Below, in pieces: positions 25,013 through 34,427 of a stretch of 64,000 nt of DNA (position 1 is its first letter; every line of letters begins with the position of its first letter). The DNA is taken from contig CAVSGM010000005.1 of NCBI GenBank assembly GCA_963727485.1, positions 32,001 to 96,000 of the forward strand, in the 5' to 3' direction. A program made the translations under genes and the position numbers. The DNA comes from an uncultured delta proteobacterium. GTDB taxonomy: Bacteria; Myxococcota; Myxococcia; SLRQ01. The notes below the pieces were generated by a model that did no database searches, was not told the origin of the DNA, and saw nothing but the letters and a program-made list of their open reading frames with translations.

Positions 25013-25157
25013 CGGGGCCGCCGTGGCCGGAATCCGGACAAATCGCTTGCAATTCTAGGCGCTTCACGGCTACTGTCCCCAGAGAGCAGGCGCCTCCTTC
25101 CGGTCGGCCTACCGGTCGGACGGGGCGCCCCTGGAGAGAGCGCCGGGAGAGACAAGC

Positions 25158-25571
25158 ATGCTCAAGTCGGACCTGGTTCACGTCCTCGTAGAGCGGCGCG
25201 GCATCACCCAGAAGCAGGCCGAGCTCGCCGTGGAGACGATCTTCGAGGCCATGCGCGATGCGCTGTGCCAGGGCGAGAACATCGAGATCCGCGGCTACGG
25301 TGCCTTCCACGTCAAGCACTACAAGGGCTACCAGGGGCGCAACCCCAAGACCGGCGAGGTGATCCCGGTCCAGCCCAAGCGTGGCATCCTCTTTCGGACC
25401 GGCAAGGAGCTCCGGGAGCGGATCAACAGCATCTATGACGTCGTCCCTCCGGCGACGGCGAGCGGCTTCGGCGGGGGCGGCGGTGGCGGGAGCCAGGCCG
25501 TGTCCGGCGAGGCCGGCGACGACGAGGGCGGGGCCGTGGCGGCCGCCGGCCTCGGCGGCGACGATCTCTAG
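25158..25571 (+). CDS. ihfB: Integration host factor beta/HU-family protein
   Basis: MLKSDL...IEIRGYGAF...GRNPKTGE...FRTGKELRERIN. Confidence 0.9.
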   Translation: MLKSDLVHVLVERRGITQKQAELAVETIFEAMRDALCQGENIEIRGYGAFHVKHYKGYQGRNPKTGEVIPVQPKRGILFRTGKELRERINSIYDVVPPATASGFGGGGGGGSQAVSGEAGDDEGGAVAAAGLGGDDL

Positions 25572-25586
25572 GCGCCGGTCCGGCCC

Positions 25587-27654
25587 CTAGGCCACGACCC
25601 CCAGGGCCACGGGATCCAGCCCCTCGAGGGCCAGCCGCCCCAGGGGCCGGGTGGGCAGCGCCGGGGGCAGCTCCTGGTAGGCCAGGACCGTCGACCGCGG
25701 CCGTACCCGCCCGGCGAGGCGCCAGAGGTGGGCCCGGAGGTCCGCCGGCGCCAGGAGCACCGGCGGCGGGTCCCCCTCGAGCTGTCGGTCGAGGGCGTCG
25801 AGGAGCCGGGCCTGGTGGTCCGGGGACAGGGCCAGGGCCGGCCCGTCCGGGGTCTCGACCCGGGCCTCGCGCATCAGGTCCTCGACCAGCGGGTCCAGGA
25901 GGATCACCGGGAGGGCCCCGTCCCGGAGGTGGGGGTGGACCAGGTGGGCCGCCAGCCCCCGGCGGGCCCGGGCCACCAGCCGGTCCACCGCCCCCTCGCC
26001 CTCGGCGGCGCCCTCGGGGAGGGTGGCGAGGGCCTCGAGGGGGCGCTCGAGCCAGCGCAGGGACACCCCCTCCTCGACCAGGCGCCGGAGGACCTCACAG
26101 AGCAGGGGCGCCGGCACCCGGCGGGTCACCTCCCGGACCACCGCCGGCGACCGGGCCTCGAGGCGATCGAGGAGGGCCTGGGTCACCTGGAGGGTGAGCA
26201 GCTCGTGGAGGTGGGTCCCGAGGGCCTCGCCCACGACCTCCGCCGCGGCGTCGGCGGGATCCCGCACCGGGAGGCCCGCGGCCTCGGCGGCGGCGACCCC
26301 CGCCGGGTCGAGGCCCAGGGCCCGCCGCGCCCCGAGGGCCACCGGGAGCCCGGCGAGGCCCAGGAGGGTGGCCTCCTCGGGATTGAGGTCGGCGAGGGGG
26401 CCGGTGGGCAGGGTCCCGGTGGCGACGGGGAGCTCGTTGACCAGGAGCCGGAAGGCGCTGCCGGCCACGGCGCCCGGGCGGAGCCGGAACCCGGGGATGG
26501 GCACCCCGTGGACCTCGGCGAGGTGGGCCCGGAGCGCCGGGAGCCTTGCGCCGACCAGGGCCTCGAGGGTCTCCGGCGCCACCGCGTCGCCGAGCTCGAG
26601 GACCAGGGGCGCGGGCCCCGGCGCCTCGCCCTCGGCGCCGGCGTCGGCGTCGGGGTCCGGCGCCGCGGCGTCCTCGTCGGGGCCGGGAGCGGCGGCCGGT
26701 GGGTGCCGGTGGCGCCAGAATCGCGGCGCTCGCGGCGGCGGTGGCGAGGAGGGCGAAGGGCGGCAGGGGCAGCCCGGGCACCGCGCCCAGGACCGCCAGG
26801 AGCACCGCCACCACCGCGAGGGGCCGGGGCCGGGCGAAGAGCTGGGCCACCACGTCCCCGGCGAGGCCCCCGTCGCCGCCCTGGACCCGGGTCACCAGGA
26901 GCCCGGCGGAGATGGCGGTGAGCAGGGCCGGCACCTGGGAGACCAGCCCGTCGCCGATGGAGAGCAGGGTGTAGGTGGACAGGGCGTGGGCGACGGTCAT
27001 CCCCTGGAGCACCGGGCCGGCGACGAGCCCGCCGAGGACGTTGACCCCGGTGATCACCAGGCCGGCGATGGCGTCGCCCTTCACGAACTTCATGGCTCCG
27101 TCGAGGGCCCCGTAGAACTGGCTCTCGCGCTCCAGGGCCCGGCGCCGGGCCCGGCCCTCGGACTGGGAGCAGGCCCCGGCGCGGATGTCGGCGTCGATGG
27201 AGAGCTGCTTGCCCGGGAGGGCGTCGAGGGTGAAGCGGGCCGCGACCTCGGCCACGCGCTCGGCGCCCTTGGCGACCACCAGGAACTGGATCACGGTGAG
27301 GATGAGGAAGACCACCGCGCCCACCAGGTAGCTGCCCTGGACCACGAAGCGGCCGAAGGCGGTGATCACCTCGCCGGCGGTGGCGGTGCCGAGGATGAGC
27401 CGGGTGCTGCTCACGTTGAGGGCGAGGCGGAAGAGGGTGGCGATGAGCACCAGGGTGGGGAAGCTGGAGAGGGCCAGGGGCGTCTCGGCGAAGAGGGCGC
27501 TCACCAGGAGGGTGAGGGTGAGGGCGATGTTGGTCACCAGGAGCACGTCGAGGAGCCACGGGGGGAGGGGCACCAGGAGGGTGGCGACGATGGCGACCAC
27601 GAAGCCGGCGAGGAGCAGGTCGGGGTGGCGGCCGAGGGCGGCGAGTCGGCTCAT
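25587..27654 (-). CDS. sctV: Type III export gate SctV/FlhA; apparent frameshift at ~26720
   Basis: FRLALNVSSTRLIL, KGAERVAEVAARFTLDALPGKQLSIDAD, FYGALDGAMKFVKGDAIAG; cytoplasmic domain continues in ORF 25587..26582. Confidence 0.92.
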
Positions 27655-28697
27655 GGCAGGGGTCTCCGGTCCGGGCCCCGGTGGGCCGCGTGGTGGACGG
27701 CGGTGAGGACGGCGGCGACGGCAGCGTAGAGGGCCTCGGGGACCTCGGCGCCCGGGTCCAGGGCCACCAGGGCCCGGGCCAGGGGCACGTCCCGGACGAG
27801 CGGGATGCAAAGGCGCCGGGCCCGGGCGCGGATCCCGGCGGCGGTGGCGCCGGTGCCCCGGTCGCCGACCACGGGGGCGTCGAGGTCGTCGTCGAAGTGG
27901 AGGGCCACGGCGACGTGGGTGGGGTTGACGACGACCACCGCCGCCTGGCGCAGGGGTCGCACCGGGCCGGCGAGGGCGGCGCGGTGGGCCCGGCGGCGCT
28001 CGGCCTTGTGGGCCGGGTCGCCCTCCTCGCGCTTGTGCTCCTCGCGGACCTCCTGGCGGGTCATGCGCAGCTGCCGGAGGTGGCGGCGCCGGGCGAGGGC
28101 GAGGTCCACGATCCCCAGGGCCACAAGCGCGCCGCCACTGGCGGCGACCACGGTGGCGGCGAGGTGGAGGAGCAGCGCCGCGGCGGCGGGGACGCCGAGG
28201 CGGGGCAGGGCGAGGAGCCACCCGAGGCGCGGGCGGCAGGTGGCCCGCACCACGAGGGCCACCACCCCGAGGGCGGCGGCGGTCTTGGGGACGATGCCCA
28301 GGCGCTGGAAGCCGAGCAGGCGCCTCACCCCCTTCGCCGGGTGGAGGCGCGCCGGGTCCGGGCGCAGGGCCTCGGTGGCGACGACCGGGCCGGTCTGGGC
28401 CAGGCTCACGGCGACCCCCACGGCGGCGAGGAGGGCCACGGGGGGGCCGGCGACCCGCAGCGCCGCCTCCAAGGCGAGGGTGAGGGCGCCGGCGAGGCTC
28501 GGGGCCCGGTCGGCGAGGAGGACGGCGGCGAGGGTGCGCAGCGCCCGGGCGGCCCCGGGGGCGAGGGCCAGGGCCCCGAGGCCCCCGGCGAGGAGCACCC
28601 CCGCCGAGGTGAGGTCGGCGCTCCGGGCGACCTCGCCCCGGCGGCGGGCCTCCTGGAGGCGCCTCGGGGTCGGCGGCTCGGTGCGCTCGCCGCTCAC
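27651..28697 (-). CDS. sctU: SctU/FlhB export switch protein
   Basis: ERTEPPTPRRLQEARRRGEV, MTRQEVREEHKREEGDP, intact NPTH. Confidence 0.93.
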   Translation of the reverse strand: MSGERTEPPTPRRLQEARRRGEVARSADLTSAGVLLAGGLGALALAPGAARALRTLAAVLLADRAPSLAGALTLALEAALRVAGPPVALLAAVGVAVSLAQTGPVVATEALRPDPARLHPAKGVRRLLGFQRLGIVPKTAAALGVVALVVRATCRPRLGWLLALPRLGVPAAAALLLHLAATVVAASGGALVALGIVDLALARRRHLRQLRMTRQEVREEHKREEGDPAHKAERRRAHRAALAGPVRPLRQAAVVVVNPTHVAVALHFDDDLDAPVVGDRGTGATAAGIRARARRLCIPLVRDVPLARALVALDPGAEVPEALYAAVAAVLTAVHHAAHRGPDRRPLP

Positions 28698-29503
28698 CTC
28701 GGGGCTCCGGCGGCGAGGTGGGCGAGGTGGACGAGGCCCGAGGGCACCCCCGCGGCGTCCCCGGCGAGGCGGCCGAGGAGCACCGCGGCGCCGAGGGCCA
28801 CGGCGCCCAGGCCCAGGGCGGCCTTCACCGGGAGCCCCAGGAAGAAGAGGGGGAGCTGGGGGGCGATGCGCCCGACGACCCCGAGGGCCAGATCGGTGAC
28901 CACCGCGGCGATGGCCGCCGGCGCCGCGAGGGCCACCGCGCAGGCGACGAGGCCGGCGGTGGTGTCGACCAGGGACGCGCCGAGCCCCGAGGCGGCGCCG
29001 GCGACCCAGGGGGCCCCGGGCGGCAGCACCCGGAAGCTCCGGGCGAGGGCCCCGAGGAGCAGCCGGTTGCCCCCGGCGGCGGTCACCGTCACCAGGAGGC
29101 CGAGGTAGAGGAGCTCGCCCAGGGGCGAGGCGGACGTCCCGGCGGTGGGCACCAGGGCCTGGGTGAGGGAGGCGCCGCGGACCACGTCGATCACGTGGCC
29201 CCCGGCCCGGGCGGCCTCGAAGGGGATCGCCGCCAGAAGCCCCAGCCCCACCCCCAGCGCCGCCTCCCGGGCGAGGGCGGCGACCAGGGCGACCCCCGCC
29301 GGGGCGACCACCCCGCCCCCGCCGGCGACGAGGACCGAGAGGCCCAGGGCGATCCCCAGGCGGATGGGCGCGGGCACCAGGCGCCCGCCGAAGCTCGGCG
29401 CCAGGTAGAGCACCGGCCCCAGGCGCGCCACGGCCAGGGCCACCGGCGCCGCCTGGTGTCCGGCGCCCTCGAGGAGCGCGGCGAGGCCGACGTCGCCCAT
29501 CAC
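28694..29503 (-). CDS. sctT: SctT/FliR
   Basis: AGGHVIDVVRG, RSFRVLPPG, DLALGVVGRIAPQLPLFFLGLPVK. Confidence 0.9.
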   Translation of the reverse strand: MMGDVGLAALLEGAGHQAAPVALAVARLGPVLYLAPSFGGRLVPAPIRLGIALGLSVLVAGGGGVVAPAGVALVAALAREAALGVGLGLLAAIPFEAARAGGHVIDVVRGASLTQALVPTAGTSASPLGELLYLGLLVTVTAAGGNRLLLGALARSFRVLPPGAPWVAGAASGLGASLVDTTAGLVACAVALAAPAAIAAVVTDLALGVVGRIAPQLPLFFLGLPVKAALGLGAVALGAAVLLGRLAGDAAGVPSGLVHLAHLAAGAPR

Positions 29504-29763
29504 AGGCGCCCCGAGACCTGGAGGATCCGGGCGGCGAACCGGGCCACCTGCCCGAAGGCCCAGGGGCCGGCGAGGCCCAGGGCGAGGAACACGGCGACGA
29601 GGCGCACCGCGAGCGACAGGGCCTGGTCCTGGACCTGGGTCACCGCCTGGAGCACCCCGATGACGAGGCCCACCACCAGGGCGGCGAGGACCGGCGGGGC
29701 CACGACGATCACCACCAGGAGCAGGGCCTCGCGGACGAGGGGCAGGATGAGGTCGGCGGGCAC
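29500..29763 (-). CDS. sctS: SctS/FliQ
   Basis: VGLVIGVLQAVTQVQDQALSLAVRL. Confidence 0.92.
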   Translation of the reverse strand: MPADLILPLVREALLLVVIVVAPPVLAALVVGLVIGVLQAVTQVQDQALSLAVRLVAVFLALGLAGPWAFGQVARFAARILQVSGRL

Positions 29764-29767
29764 CCGG

Positions 29768-30463
29768 TCACCTCGGGAGGTAGCCGCGGAGGAGCGCCTC
29801 GGCGAGGAGGTGCCAGCCGTCGACGGCGACGAAGAGGAGGAGCTTGAAGGGCAGGGAGACGGTGGTCGGCGAGAGCATGTGCATGCCCAGGGCGAGGAGG
29901 ATGGTGCTGACCACCAGGTCCACGACCAGGAACGGCAGGAACACCAGAAAGCCCATGCGGAAGGCGTCCCGGAGCTCCCCGACCACGAAGGCCGGCATGG
30001 CCACCAGGAGGTCGTCGTCGCCGATGGACGCCGCCTGGGCCGGCGGCCGGAGCCCCCGGGCGAGGTCCCGGAAGGCCCGGCGGTCGGCGGGGTCGGAGTG
30101 GGCCACCAGGAACCCGCGCACCGGCCCGGCGGCGGCGCGGGTGCCGGCGAGGACCCCGGCGACCTCGTCGCCACGGACCGGCCGGTCGTGGGCCTGGAAG
30201 GCGTCGAGGGCGGCCTGGCCCACCGGCGCCATCACCTGGAGCGAGAGGATCAGGGCCAGGCCGGTGATCACCGGGGTGGGCGGGAGCTGCTGGGTCCCCA
30301 GGGCGCTCCGGGCGATGGAGAGGACCACGGCGAACTTCACGAAGGAGGTCAGGGTGAGGGCGGCGAAGGGCAGGAGGCTCACCGCGGCGAGGACCAGGAC
30401 CCAGATCACCGGCGAGGCGGCGAGGCCCCCGTGGGCGAGGTGGAGGGGGGCGGCGAGGAGCAT
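29768..30463 (-). CDS. sctR: SctR/FliP
   Basis: TSFVKFAVVLSIARSALGTQQLPP, PAFVVGELRDAF, SLPFKLLLFVAVDGW. Confidence 0.93.
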   Translation of the reverse strand: MLLAAPLHLAHGGLAASPVIWVLVLAAVSLLPFAALTLTSFVKFAVVLSIARSALGTQQLPPTPVITGLALILSLQVMAPVGQAALDAFQAHDRPVRGDEVAGVLAGTRAAAGPVRGFLVAHSDPADRRAFRDLARGLRPPAQAASIGDDDLLVAMPAFVVGELRDAFRMGFLVFLPFLVVDLVVSTILLALGMHMLSPTTVSLPFKLLLFVAVDGWHLLAEALLRGYLPR

Positions 30464-30717
30464 CACCGGGCCTCCGGGATCGGAGCGGCGCCGGGCTCGG
30501 ACCCGAGGCGCGCGAGGAGCGCCGGCGGGCCCTCGCCGTAACCCACCAGGAGCCGTCGCCCCTCGACCTCCACCAGGGCGAGGCCGGCCTTCTGGGTGAG
30601 CCCGGCGCGGGCGACCAGGCGCAGGGCCGGGGGCGTCGCGAAGGGACCCCGGCGGTGGCGCACCCAGGCGAGGGCGCCGAGGGCCGCCGCGGCGGAGAGG
30701 ACGAGGAGGCCGGTCAT
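30463..30717 (-). CDS. fliO: FliO-like protein
   Basis: One TM segment then LRLVARAGLTQKAGLALVEVEGRRLLVG; lies directly upstream of fliP/sctR. Confidence 0.7.
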   Translation of the reverse strand: MTGLLVLSAAAALGALAWVRHRRGPFATPPALRLVARAGLTQKAGLALVEVEGRRLLVGYGEGPPALLARLGSEPGAAPIPEAR

Positions 30718-32012
30718 GCCCCGGTCTCCCCGCAGGTGGCGTGGACCTGCACCCCGAGGACTCCGTCGACCTCGACCAGGGCGCCCCGGGCGACGACGGT
30801 GTCGCCCACGGCGAGGTGGACCTCGGGGTCGGGGCCCGGGAGCGGCACCACCGATCCGGGCTCGAGGGCGGCGAGCTCGCCGAGGGTGGCGGGGACGGTG
30901 GCGAGGACGACGCGGAGGTCGACCTGGAGGGCGTCGATGGGGGGCGGGGCGGACATGGGGACCTCCCGGTGTCGGGGGCTGGGGGGCTTGAGGGCGGCGA
31001 CCTCGAGGTGGCCGCCCTCGAGGTGACCGAGGGCGGCGGCGCCTCGGCCGGCGGCGAGGCACGCCGGGCCGGTGAGGTGGACGCCGTCGTAGGCGAGGTC
31101 TGGGTCGGGGCAGATGGCGTCGCCGGCCTCGAGGCAGTCGAGGGTGGCGCGGGTGAGGCGCACCGGGCCGGCGCAGAGCTCGAGGCGCAGGGGCAGGGCC
31201 TGGAGCCACGGGGGCAGGGGGCGGCCCGGTGGGACGCGGTGGGGATTGAGGCGGGCGGCGCCGGCGGCGTCGAAGGCCACCTGCACCCGGCCGGCCCGCG
31301 GCCCGAGGTCGAGGCGCGCCTCGAAGCAGAGCACCGGCGGCCCCGGGGGCGAGGCGGCGAGGGCCGGGGCGAGGGGGACCCGGGTGCCGCCGGTGCCCGC
31401 GGGATTGGCGCGCGGGGCCCCGTCACCGGCGATGGCCGCGAGGGCGACCAGGACCGCGTGGCCCAGGACCGCCCGGGTGATCCGGTCCGGCGAGGTGGAC
31501 AGCGGCGGCGCCTCGGTGCCGGCGACCGCGCTCACCAGGGCGGCCGCGGTCACCGGGCAGAGGCGCACGGTGCAGGCGGGGAGGCCCGGTCCCGGAGACA
31601 CGGCGAAGCCGGCGCCGGCGAGGGCCACGCCGGCCGGAGCGGGGTGGAGGGCGTCGAGGGTGACCTCCAGGCCCACGGCGGCGCCGGCGACGGCCGCCAG
31701 ACGCCGGGCCCGGGCCTCGAGGGCCGCCCGGGCGCCGTCCGCCGCAGGGGCGCGCCACCGACCGAGGTGGCCGGAGAGCACCGGGAAGCGCGGCCGGTCG
31801 AGGCGACCGGGGCGTCGCGCGAATCGAGAGGGGGCTCCCGCCCGGGCCGTCTCGGGCGACGGTGCGGGCGTCGCCGGGGCGCCCCGGGGATCCGTCGGCG
31901 CCTCCCAGGGGGCCGGGCGGCGGGTGGGCGTCGGCGCCACCCGCGGCGGCCGGAGGCGGCGGGTGATCCTTGGGCGGCCAGGGGAGGTCGGGACATCGGC
32001 GTGGGGTGCCAT
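30714..32012 (-). CDS. sctQ: SctQ / FliM-FliN-like C-ring protein
   Basis: Two SPOA-like segments (LDCLEAGDAI; LGELAALEPGSVVPL...VARGALVEVDGVLGVQV). Confidence 0.8.
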   Translation of the reverse strand: MAPHADVPTSPGRPRITRRLRPPRVAPTPTRRPAPWEAPTDPRGAPATPAPSPETARAGAPSRFARRPGRLDRPRFPVLSGHLGRWRAPAADGARAALEARARRLAAVAGAAVGLEVTLDALHPAPAGVALAGAGFAVSPGPGLPACTVRLCPVTAAALVSAVAGTEAPPLSTSPDRITRAVLGHAVLVALAAIAGDGAPRANPAGTGGTRVPLAPALAASPPGPPVLCFEARLDLGPRAGRVQVAFDAAGAARLNPHRVPPGRPLPPWLQALPLRLELCAGPVRLTRATLDCLEAGDAICPDPDLAYDGVHLTGPACLAAGRGAAALGHLEGGHLEVAALKPPSPRHREVPMSAPPPIDALQVDLRVVLATVPATLGELAALEPGSVVPLPGPDPEVHLAVGDTVVARGALVEVDGVLGVQVHATCGETGA

Positions 32013-32027
32013 GGTGCCCAGGTGGTA

Positions 32028-32043
32028 CTCAAGGGGTGTGCCA
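32028..32043 (-). promoter_or_regulatory. Sigma54-like promoter for sctQ-sctV
   Basis: TGGCAC-ACCCC-TTGAG with an IHF-like ATTCCAGGCGCTTG upstream (~32071). Confidence 0.55.
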
Positions 32044-32239
32044 CCCGGGGCTTGCCCGTCCACCCGCGTGATTCCAGGCGCTTGAAGCGAGTCCGGGGCC
32101 CGGCGTCCTCGGCGGTGCGCCGGCGGCCGGACCGGGCGTCCGGTACGCGGACGGGACGTGCGGCACGCGGGCGGCTCCCCGTCGCAGCCCAAGGGAGGCG
32201 CAGTGCCTGGGTGCCCACGCGCTCAACGGGCCCGCCCGG

Positions 32240-32689
32240 TCAGCGCCCGGCCGGGGCCATCCAGGGCGCGGCCCAGGCGCCGAAGCCGGCCGCGTCTCCG
32301 GCCGGGGCCCCGGCGCCCGGGGCTCCACCCGTCGCAGGCGGGGCCAGGGCGGCGTCGACCACCCGGGCCACCGCGGGGGGCAGGGCGGGGCCTGCCTCGA
32401 CCCCGACGACGCGCGCCGGGAGCCGGCTCCGGGCGAAGGCCGGGACCGACTCGGGGGCCGGGAGCCGACCCTCGCCCACGGACTGCTCCAGGGCCGCGAG
32501 GGCGGCGAGGCGTGCGAGGCGCGGGGCCAGGGGACCTCGGCCAAAGCCCGGCCCCGAGGGGCCGTCCCCGAGGCCCCCGAGGGCGTCGCCGAGGGCCGCG
32601 GCCCGGCCGCCGGCGAGGGCGAGGGAGACCTTCTCGACGTCGGCGACGGCGCAGAGGCCCGGGGCCCTTGGCGACCGGCGGTGCCTCAC
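32240..32689 (-). CDS. Hypothetical protein in the SctK position
   Basis: GTGA-coupled to sctJ; 149 aa, Ala/Gly-rich. Assignment is positional only. Confidence 0.5.
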   Translation of the reverse strand: MRHRRSPRAPGLCAVADVEKVSLALAGGRAAALGDALGGLGDGPSGPGFGRGPLAPRLARLAALAALEQSVGEGRLPAPESVPAFARSRLPARVVGVEAGPALPPAVARVVDAALAPPATGGAPGAGAPAGDAAGFGAWAAPWMAPAGR

Positions 32690-33429
32690 CCCTCGGCCTC
32701 CGCCGGGGGCGCCCGCCGGCGCAGGACCAGGACCCCGGCGAGGCAAAGGCCGAGCGCCACCGCGGTGCCGCCGCCGGCGAGGAGCCCGGCGGCCCTCAGG
32801 TGCGGTGGCCGGGGCGGGGGCGCACCGGGCGCCGCCGCTTCGACCACCACCACCGTGACCGCGGCGGGATCGAGGCCCACCACGGCGCCGGCGACCAGGG
32901 CCCGGACGGCCGGCTCCCGGCCCCGGAGGGCCGCGCCGGTGCCGGGGCGGGCCGAGAGGAGGACCGAGGCCTTGGCGGGCGCCGGGGGCGCGCGATCCCG
33001 GCCGGGGCCCGACACCGGGACCGGGAGGGCCAGGTGGACCCGGGCCTCCCGGACGCCGTCGAGGGCCTCGAGGGTGTGGGCCAGCTCCCCGGCGAGGGCC
33101 CGCTGGTACCGGGCCCGCTCCTCGACGCCGGTGGGCACCAGCCCCGGGTCCGCGAAGAGGGTGGCGAAGCCGCTCCCCTTGGGGCGGGGCAGGCCCGCGG
33201 CGTGGAGGATGGCCAGGGACCGCTCCAGGGCGCTTCCGGGGACGGTGACGTCGAAGCCGTCCCGGCCCGCGTCGACCTTCCGGGCGTCGATGCCGGCGCC
33301 GGCCAGCGCCTCGAGGGCGGCGTTGGCCTCGCCCTCGGCCCGGTGGGTGACCACCGGCTGGCGGCAGGCGCCCAGGAGGAGGGTCAGGGCGAGGAGCCAG
33401 AGGACGCGGCCTGGTGCGCGCATGATCAT
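32686..33429 (-). CDS. sctJ: SctJ (YscJ/PrgK) inner-membrane ring lipoprotein
   Basis: Lipobox LLGAC; GLPR..GF..LF..GLVPT..EERARY..ALAGELAHTL..LDGVREARVHL; C-terminal TM segment. Confidence 0.92.
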   Translation of the reverse strand: MIMRAPGRVLWLLALTLLLGACRQPVVTHRAEGEANAALEALAGAGIDARKVDAGRDGFDVTVPGSALERSLAILHAAGLPRPKGSGFATLFADPGLVPTGVEERARYQRALAGELAHTLEALDGVREARVHLALPVPVSGPGRDRAPPAPAKASVLLSARPGTGAALRGREPAVRALVAGAVVGLDPAAVTVVVVEAAAPGAPPPRPPHLRAAGLLAGGGTAVALGLCLAGVLVLRRRAPPAEAEG

Positions 33430-33869
33430 ACCGGGGTCCGGAGGGTCTGCTGGACCGCGGCGCTGGTCTGCTCCACGGTCTTGGAGAAGAGCTGCACCGC
33501 CTCGGTGGCCCGATAGAGGCGGGCCTGGAGGCCGAGGAGCTCGGCGGGGGAGAAGGTGCGGCCCCGGCGCGCGGCCGCGACGGCGGTGTCGAGGCTCCGC
33601 TGTCCCTCGAGGGCCCGGTGGAGGAACGCGGCGCTCGCCCGCGCCGGGTCGACCTCGCCTGCAGGTGGCGCCACGGTGAGGTGGCCCTCGGGCGGGCCCA
33701 CGGCGGAGGCGGCGCGGGGCCCCGCGGCCGGGGCCCGGGCGGCGCCGGCCTCGGAGGCGCCCCTCGGCCCTTCGGCCTGGGCGAGCTGGGTCCGGAACCC
33801 ACCCCCGCCGCCGGAGGGCGAGGCGACGGGGGCGGGGCGGGCGATGGCACCGGGAGGCAGGACGGTCAT
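33426..33869 (-). CDS. Candidate SctI-like inner rod protein
   Basis: C-terminus SPAELLGLQARL...QLFSKTVEQTSAAVQQTLRT; immediately upstream of sctJ. Confidence 0.6.
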   Translation of the reverse strand: MTVLPPGAIARPAPVASPSGGGGGFRTQLAQAEGPRGASEAGAARAPAAGPRAASAVGPPEGHLTVAPPAGEVDPARASAAFLHRALEGQRSLDTAVAAARRGRTFSPAELLGLQARLYRATEAVQLFSKTVEQTSAAVQQTLRTPV

Positions 33870-33873
33870 GGCG

Positions 33874-34263
33874 TCACCGGATGTTGGCGATGGCGTTCTT
33901 GGCCGCGTCGTGGCGGACCCGGAGGATGTTGCTGATGGCCGTGTACATCCGGCTCTCGCGCTGCATCCGCGCCTGGAGCAGGAGGTAGCGGGTGTCGAGG
34001 GCCTGGTTGCCGGCGAGGACGGCCGAGGTGGCGTCGGCCCCGGCTCCGGCGGGCGCGGCGTCGTGGCCGACCAGGTGCGAGAGCCCGGAGAGGGCGAGGG
34101 AGACCAGACCGGCGCCGGGGATCACCGCCCCGGCGGCTCGCGCCACGTCCGAGGCGACGGAGAGCCCGTCGGCCAGGTGGTCCCGGAAGCTGGTGGCGGG
34201 GTGGGGCGGGAGCCGGGGGTGGGCGAGGGTCGGGGCGGCGAGGGGATCGAGGTGGGCGTCCAT
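33874..34263 (-). CDS. Candidate SctF-like axial/needle subunit
   Basis: C-terminus LLLQARMQRESRMYTAISNILRVRHDAAKNAIANIR; first gene of the operon, with a GGAGG RBS. Confidence 0.6.
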   Translation of the reverse strand: MDAHLDPLAAPTLAHPRLPPHPATSFRDHLADGLSVASDVARAAGAVIPGAGLVSLALSGLSHLVGHDAAPAGAGADATSAVLAGNQALDTRYLLLQARMQRESRMYTAISNILRVRHDAAKNAIANIR

Positions 34264-34295
34264 GGCGTTCCTCCGAAGGGTTCGCCCCCGGAGTC

Positions 34296-34311
34296 TTCAG
34301 GGACCGTGCCA
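34296..34311 (-). promoter_or_regulatory. Sigma54-like promoter for the first T3SS operon
   Basis: TGGCAC-GGTCC-CTGAA with an IHF-like ATCTCCAGCGGTTG upstream (~34328). Confidence 0.5.
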
Positions 34312-34427
34312 CCGATGCCACCACCGGATCTCCAGCGGTTGCGCGGCCCCGGGCCCCCCGGCCCGGCCGGTCCCCGGACCGCCGGTCCCACATCCGGTCA
34401 CCGCCTTGGCGCTGGCCGTCCCGGCGC

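Noticed and set aside
25587..34263. Flagellar biosynthesis cluster
   Set aside because: No fliF, fliG, rod, hook, flagellin or mot genes; the ring protein is an SctJ-type lipoprotein.
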